NCBI GenBank assembly: GCA_002269645.1
Contig: NIVC01000759.1
Coordinates: forward strand, 62,001-126,000
Length of the DNA: 64,000 bases
From: Macrostomum lignano
Taxonomy: Eukaryota
Direction of reading: 5' to 3'
Shown piece after piece: positions 58,613 through 64,000 of the stretch (positions are counted from its first letter, which is position 1; each line of letters starts with the position of its first letter). The position numbers and the translations under genes are program-made. The notes beneath the pieces were generated by a model. The model saw only the letters and a list, made by a program, of their open reading frames with translations, did no database searches and was not told the origin of the DNA.

Positions 58613-61600
58613 ATGGGCGACTTGTTCCGCAGCCAGGAGATGACCCTCTGCCAGCTGTTCCTGCAGGCCGAGGCCGCCTTCGCCTGCGTGTCCGAGCTGG
58701 GCGAGCTCGGCCTCGTGCAGTTCCGCGACCTCAAGCCCGACACCAACGCCTTCCAGCGAAAGTTTGTCAACGAAATCCGCCGCTGTGACGAGATGGAGCG
58801 GAAGCTGCGCTACTTGGAGAAGGAGATCAAGAAGGACAGCGTGCCAGTGCTGGACACCGGCGACAATCCCGAAGCTCCGAATCCCCGCGAGATGGTCGAC
58901 CTTGAGGCCAACCTGGAGAAGCTGGAGAACGAGCTGCGCGACGTCAACGCCAACGAGGAGTCGCTGAAGAGGAATTACCTGGAGCTGACCGAGCTCAAGC
59001 ACATCCTGCGCAAGACCCAGACTTTCTTTGAGGAGGTGAGGCGGCTGACTCATTTGGTGACTCATTTGGATGGGGTGACTTATTTGGATGGGGTGACTCA
59101 TTTGGATGGGGTGACTCATTTGGATGGGGTGACTCATTTGGATGGGGGGTGACTCATTTGGATGGGGTGACTCATTTGGATGGGATGACTCATTTAGAGA
59201 GGTTGAATCATTTGGATGGGGGTTGCGGAGCAGCTCGGGCCAGTTGCAGGTCTCTCAGGAGATTCAGGTCTACAATGCCCGAGTGTGCGGCACTGTGCAC
59301 ACGTCCATTTCCCGACATGCAAGGGAAGAGTCACTCGCAGTCTAAGCTGTGCGCAGCCCTCCGATTCAATCAGGGCCGAACCGAACTTGGTTTTGGCCAG
59401 CCAAGGCTGGAGGCCGCAGCGGCCTGTTCGGCTTTCTTATCTTGCCTGCGATATCTTGCGACTGTTTCAGTTTGCCCGCTTTGAATCTGTGACTCTGCTG
59501 CGCACGAAGCTGTTAACAGTTTGGCTGTCAAAGTTGCCATTACAGCAGCAGTATTGAATTTCTAGTTTTAAACTGTGCAGGGTTGCAGTTGCAGTTTAAA
59601 GTGGGCCCAAGTGTGACTAAACCAAGCAAGCGGTGGCAATATTGTGAATCATCGATTTAATTGGGTTAAAAAAAGTTGGCCGACCCCTGATGCAATCCAA
59701 TATGAAGCCTACGACATGAAAAATGCTCTTATTTAAAGATTTATATATTTTCCTATCCATAAAGTGTATATTTTTTAGGCAGTGAAACTCAGATTGTGTT
59801 CAGATGAAACAGGAAATTTCCTCACTCGCTCTTGATATCAGTCGGTATCTTTTACGATAGTATCCGGTATGCAGCCTACTCGTGAGTAGTAATTGTTGCT
59901 CCCTGGCCCATCGCGCCGTGTTGCGCATTTGCCGCCTTAGACAGTCGATCAGCACCGAGGCGGCGCGCTTGGCCGCGCCCTCGGCGCCGGAGGTTCTCAG
60001 CGCCAGCGGCACCAGTCGGACGAGCGGGCCAGCCTGATCGGGGCTGGTGGCAGCGCTGAGGAGGCCTGGCCTCAGGCTGGCGGCCTGCAGCTTCAGTGAG
60101 TAACTCAGTGCGAGCCGTGGCAGGTGAAAGTCTCCGGTCTGCAGGGCACCTGCGTTTTAGTTCGTCCGGCCTTTTCTTATCTGTCGTTTGTTGTCCGTGG
60201 ATAATTCCATTTGAATCCGTATTATGGAAAATTCCATTGAAATGCTACTATGGAAAATTCCATTGCAATGCTACTATGGAAAATTATATTGCAGTGCTAC
60301 TATGGAAAATTCCATTGCAATGCTACTATGGAAAATTCCATTGCAATGCTACTATGGAAAATTCCATTGCAATGCTACTATGGAAAATTCCATTGCAATG
60401 CTACTATGGAAAATTCCATTGCAGTGCTACTATGGAAAATTCCATTGAAATGCTACTATGGAAAATTCCATTGCAGTGCTACTATGGAAAATTCCATTGA
60501 AATGCTACTATGGAAAATTCCATTGCAGTGCTACTATGGAAAATTCCATTGCAGTGCTTCTATGGAAAATTCCATTGCAATGCTACTATGGAAAATTCCA
60601 TTGCAGAGCTACTATGGAAAATTCCATTGCAGTGCTTCTATGGAAAATTCCATTGCAATGCTACTATGGAAAATTCCATTGCAGAGCTACTATGGAAAAT
60701 TCCATTGCAGTGCTACTATGGAAAATTCCATTGCAATGCTACTATGGAAAATTCCATTGCAGTGCTACTATGGAAAATTCCATTGCAGTGCTACTATGGA
60801 AAATTCCATTGCAATGCTACTATGGAAAATTCCATTGCAGTGCTACTATGGAAAATTCCATTGCAGAGCTACTATGGAAAATTCCATTGCAGTGCTACTA
60901 TGGAAAATTCCATTGCAATGCTACTATGGAAAATTCCATTGCAGTGCTACTATGGAAAATTCCATTGCAGTGCTTCTATGGAAAATTCCATTGCAATGCT
61001 ACTATGGAAAATTCCATTGCAGAGCTACTATGGAAAATTCCATTGCAGTGCTACTATGGAAAATTCCATTGCAATGCTACTATGGAAAATTCCATTGCAA
61101 TGCTACTATGGAAAATTGAGTTGAACTTTTACTATAGTAAAAAATTCTGTATTAATTTTTCGACGACTTTTGAACATTATTCGTAATTATCTGTATGGGA
61201 AATTTTTAACTTGCGTCCTGTTTGTTTGGTAAGTCTTTTCTGGTTCCGATATAGTTACTGTTGTGTTGCTGTGCAGTGTCTACCCGTTATAAAAAGCTTT
61301 AATAAGCAAGTCTCAAGCTGATCTCGAGCTGCCTGTGCACCCTTATTGATCTGACCGCCATCGATCAAAACCCGCCAAAGGCGCAGGGCCGTGTCACCGA
61401 CGAGGAGTCCTGGAGCAACGCGCTCTACCGGGCCGACGTCGCCCTCACCGCCAGCGGCGGCGGCGTCGGCGGTGGCGACTCCGCAGCGGCGGAGGAGGCC
61501 GCGTCAGGAGGGGGTCGGGGCTTCCGGTTTGAGTGAGTCCTGAGGGTCAGGTGGACAGGTGCGCTGTTGACCATCCAGTGCTGTCTAGTAGATTTTTTAG

Positions 61601-63784
61601 ATAATATAAGATTTTTATCACCAATATTCGATTGCAGTACAATCATTTTCTCTGAGATTTTCACTGGGAATTCGGATTGATTCAGTGCTTTTTCGATTAT
61701 TTATTCATTTCCCAGAACATTTTCTATGACACCTCATGGTATCAGATTTTATCTACTCTCTGCTTGCTGCGTCCCAAATGTATAGAATGACACTGCTGGT
61801 CCACCCCAGGTCTCTGTTGACCCATTATTGACCTCTCTGCTGAATCACCCCAGACATCTGTTGACCCATTATTCACCTCTCTGCTGAATCACCCCAGACC
61901 TCCCTGCTGACCCACCCCAGACCTCTGTTGACCCATTATTGACCTCTCTGCTGAATCACCCCAGACCTCTGTTGACCCATTATTCACCTCCCTGATGACC
62001 CACCCAGACCTCTGTTGACCCATTATTGACCTCCCTGATGACCCACCAAGATCTCTGTTGACCCATTATTGACCTCCCTGATAACCCACCGAAGACCTCT
62101 GTTGATTCATTATTGACCTCCCTGATGACCCACCCAGATCTCTGTTGACCCATTATTGACCTCCCTGATGATCCACCCAAGACCTCTGTTGACCCATTAT
62201 TCATCTCCCTGATAACCCACCCAAGATCTCTGTTGATTCATTATTGACCTCCCTGGTGACCCACCCAAGACCTCTGTTGATTCATTATTGACCTCCCTGA
62301 TGACCCACCCAGATCTCTGTTGACCCATTATTGACCTCCCTGATGACCCACCCAGATCTCTGTTGATTCATTATTGACCTCCCTGATGATCCACCCAGAT
62401 CTCTGTTGATTCATTATTGACCTCCCTGATAACCCACCGAAGACCTCTGTTGATTCATTATTGACCTCCCTGATGACCCACCCAGATCTCTGTTGACCCA
62501 TTATTGACCTCCCTGATGATCCACCCAAGACCTCTGTTGATTCATTATTGACCTCCCTGATGATCCACCCAGATCTCTGTTGATTCATTATTGACCTCCC
62601 TGATGACCCACCCAGATCTCTGTTGATTCATTATTGACCTCCCTGATGATCCACCAAGATCTCTGTTGACCCATTATTGACCTCCCTGATGATCCACCCA
62701 AGACCTCTGTTGACCCATTATTCATCTCCCTGATAACCCACCCAAGACCTCTGTTGATTCATTATTGACCTCCCTGATGACCCACCCAGATTTCTGTTGA
62801 CCCATTTTTGACCTCTCTGATGACTCACCCAGACTTCTGTTGACCCATTTTTGACCTCTGTTGACCCATTTTTGACCTCTGATGACCGACCCAGACCTCT
62901 GTTGACCCATTTTTGACCTCTGCTGACCCACCCCAGACCTCCATGCTGACTCACCCCTGACCTCCCTTCTGACCCACCCCTGACCTCTCTGCTTTCAGTA
63001 ATTAATAAGTCATATCGCAGCTATGTAAATTGCATTTATCAGTGATTTTTTGACAGTTTGATCTGACAAACCGTGAATTCGCATCCTATGTTGACTATGA
63101 TTATAAGCCCACCATTGCTTTATATCGAAGCCGCGTTTTAATGCTATTTAATGCCCTGTGCAGACCGGAGACTTTTCAACCTGTGATTTTCCTGTTACAC
63201 TGAATAAGAAAAGCTGGGGTTTCCGGCGCACCGGAAGTTAACTGGAAGCTGCGGCCTCGCCGGTGATCCCGCAGATTCTTGGCCGGAGTGCTGCTTCGGG
63301 AGCGCCTGCCGGCCTTCGAGCGGATGCTCTGGCGCGTCTGCAGGGGCAACGTCTTCCTCAAGCAGGCCGACATTGACGTGCCGCTGGAGGACCCGGCCTC
63401 CGGTGACGAGGTGCTCAAGGCCGTTTTCATCGTGTTCTTCCAAGGCGACCAGCTCAAGAGCCGCGTGAAGAAGATCTGCGAGGGCTTCAGGGCCAGCCTG
63501 TACCCCTGCCCAGACAGCCAGGCTGAGCGCAGGGAGATGGCCATCTCCGTGATGACCCGCATCGAGGACCTCAACACCGTGCTCAACACCACCGTTGACC
63601 ACCGTCGCCGGCTGCTCATGTCGGCCGCCAAGAACCTGCGGCTCTGGTTCATCAAGGTCGGCAAGATCAAGGCCATCTACCACACGCTAAACATGTTCAA
63701 CGTTGAGGCCACCAGCAAGTGCCTCATTGGCGAGGCCTGGTGCGCGGTTGACGATCTGGACAAAATTCACCTGGCTCTGCGCAG
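58613..63784 (+). CDS. ATP6V0A: V-type H+-ATPase V0 subunit a, 5' part (gene continues beyond window)
   Basis: MGDLFRSQEMTLCQLFLQ..AF.CVSELGELG.VQFRDL..FQRKFVNEIRRCDEMERKLRY (58613-59035). FLAGVL.RER..AFERMLWR.CRGNVF..WFIKV.KIKAIYHTLN.FN (63275-63784). An acceptor just upstream of the ATG implies a 5' UTR intron. Confidence 0.96.
59046..59222. repeat. 18-bp minisatellite GACTCATTTGGATGGGGT
   Basis: About 9 copies starting ~10 bp after the donor. Confidence 0.93.
59941..60095 (+). CDS. ATP6V0A: V-ATPase a alternative exon A (phase 0 to 2)
   Basis: ccgccttag|ACA...CTT CA|gtgagt; open frame TVDQHRGG...WPQAGGLQL(Q). An in-frame alternative acceptor lies at 59953. Confidence 0.72.
60220..61117. 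repeat. 26-bp minisatellite CTACTATGGAAAATTCCATTGCA(A/G)TG
   Basis: About 34 copies between alternative exons A and B; each unit holds the hairpin ATGGAA-AA-TTCCAT. Confidence 0.97.
61381..61532 (+). CDS. ATP6V0A: V-ATPase a alternative exon B (phase 0 to 2)
   Basis: ccgccaaag|GCG...TTT GA|gtgagt; open frame AQGRVTDEESWSNALY...GGGRGFRF(E). Confidence 0.72.
61808..62990. repeat. ~43-bp two-module minisatellite (GACCCATTATTGACCTCCCTGAT / GACCCACCCAGATCTCTGTT)
   Basis: Degenerate array with variant ends. Confidence 0.93.
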
Positions 63785-63815
63785 GTGAGACTGCTCATTA
63801 ATCTGTGTCATGATT

Positions 63816-64000
63816 GCGCACCAGCTACTGTTAGTAGTGCAGTACAGTGTACAAATATGCGCACCAGCTACTGTCAGTAGTGCAGTACAGTGTACAAATA
63901 TGCGCACCAGCTACTGTCAGTAGTGCAGTACAGTGTACAAATATGCGCACCAGCTACTGTCAGTAGTGCAGTACAGTGTACAAATATGCGCACCAGCTAC
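63816..64000. repeat. 43-bp minisatellite GCGCACCAGCTACTGTCAGTAGTGCAGTACAGTGTACAAATAT
   Basis: At least 4 copies, running off the window. Confidence 0.93.

Noticed and set aside
59252-59345. Third alternative V-ATPase exon after ttgcag at ~59251
   Set aside because: The phase-0 frame hits TAA at 59343 and I found no convincing phase-2 donor before it.

Overview
Eukaryotic (animal) genomic DNA. GC-rich compact exons and introns full of 14-43 bp minisatellites suggest a flatworm such as Macrostomum; the taxon is an inference. The first ~25.5 kb is a cluster of at least 14 transposon pieces, 12 of them on the minus strand. It includes three nested Ty3/Gypsy LTR elements with exact 5-bp TSDs, a tyrosine-recombinase (Ngaro-like) retroelement split by a fourth Gypsy, and mariner, Copia and P-like remnants. 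Four spliced host genes follow, with exons reconstructed by hand: a three-domain gelsolin/severin-like gene (8 exons, one GC-AG intron), an alpha-arrestin, an MGC-starting globin X-like globin (minus strand) and the 5' part of a V-ATPase subunit a gene with two apparently mutually exclusive exons. Other signals are a roughly 9-fold over-represented CCATAGAC/GTCTATGG motif clustered around a possible Crypton-like ORF remnant, a strongly CpG-depleted 5-kb domain carrying a CpG-rich TSD-flanked SINE, and minisatellite arrays hugging splice sites. All calls are by-eye motif recognition; no database searches were run.
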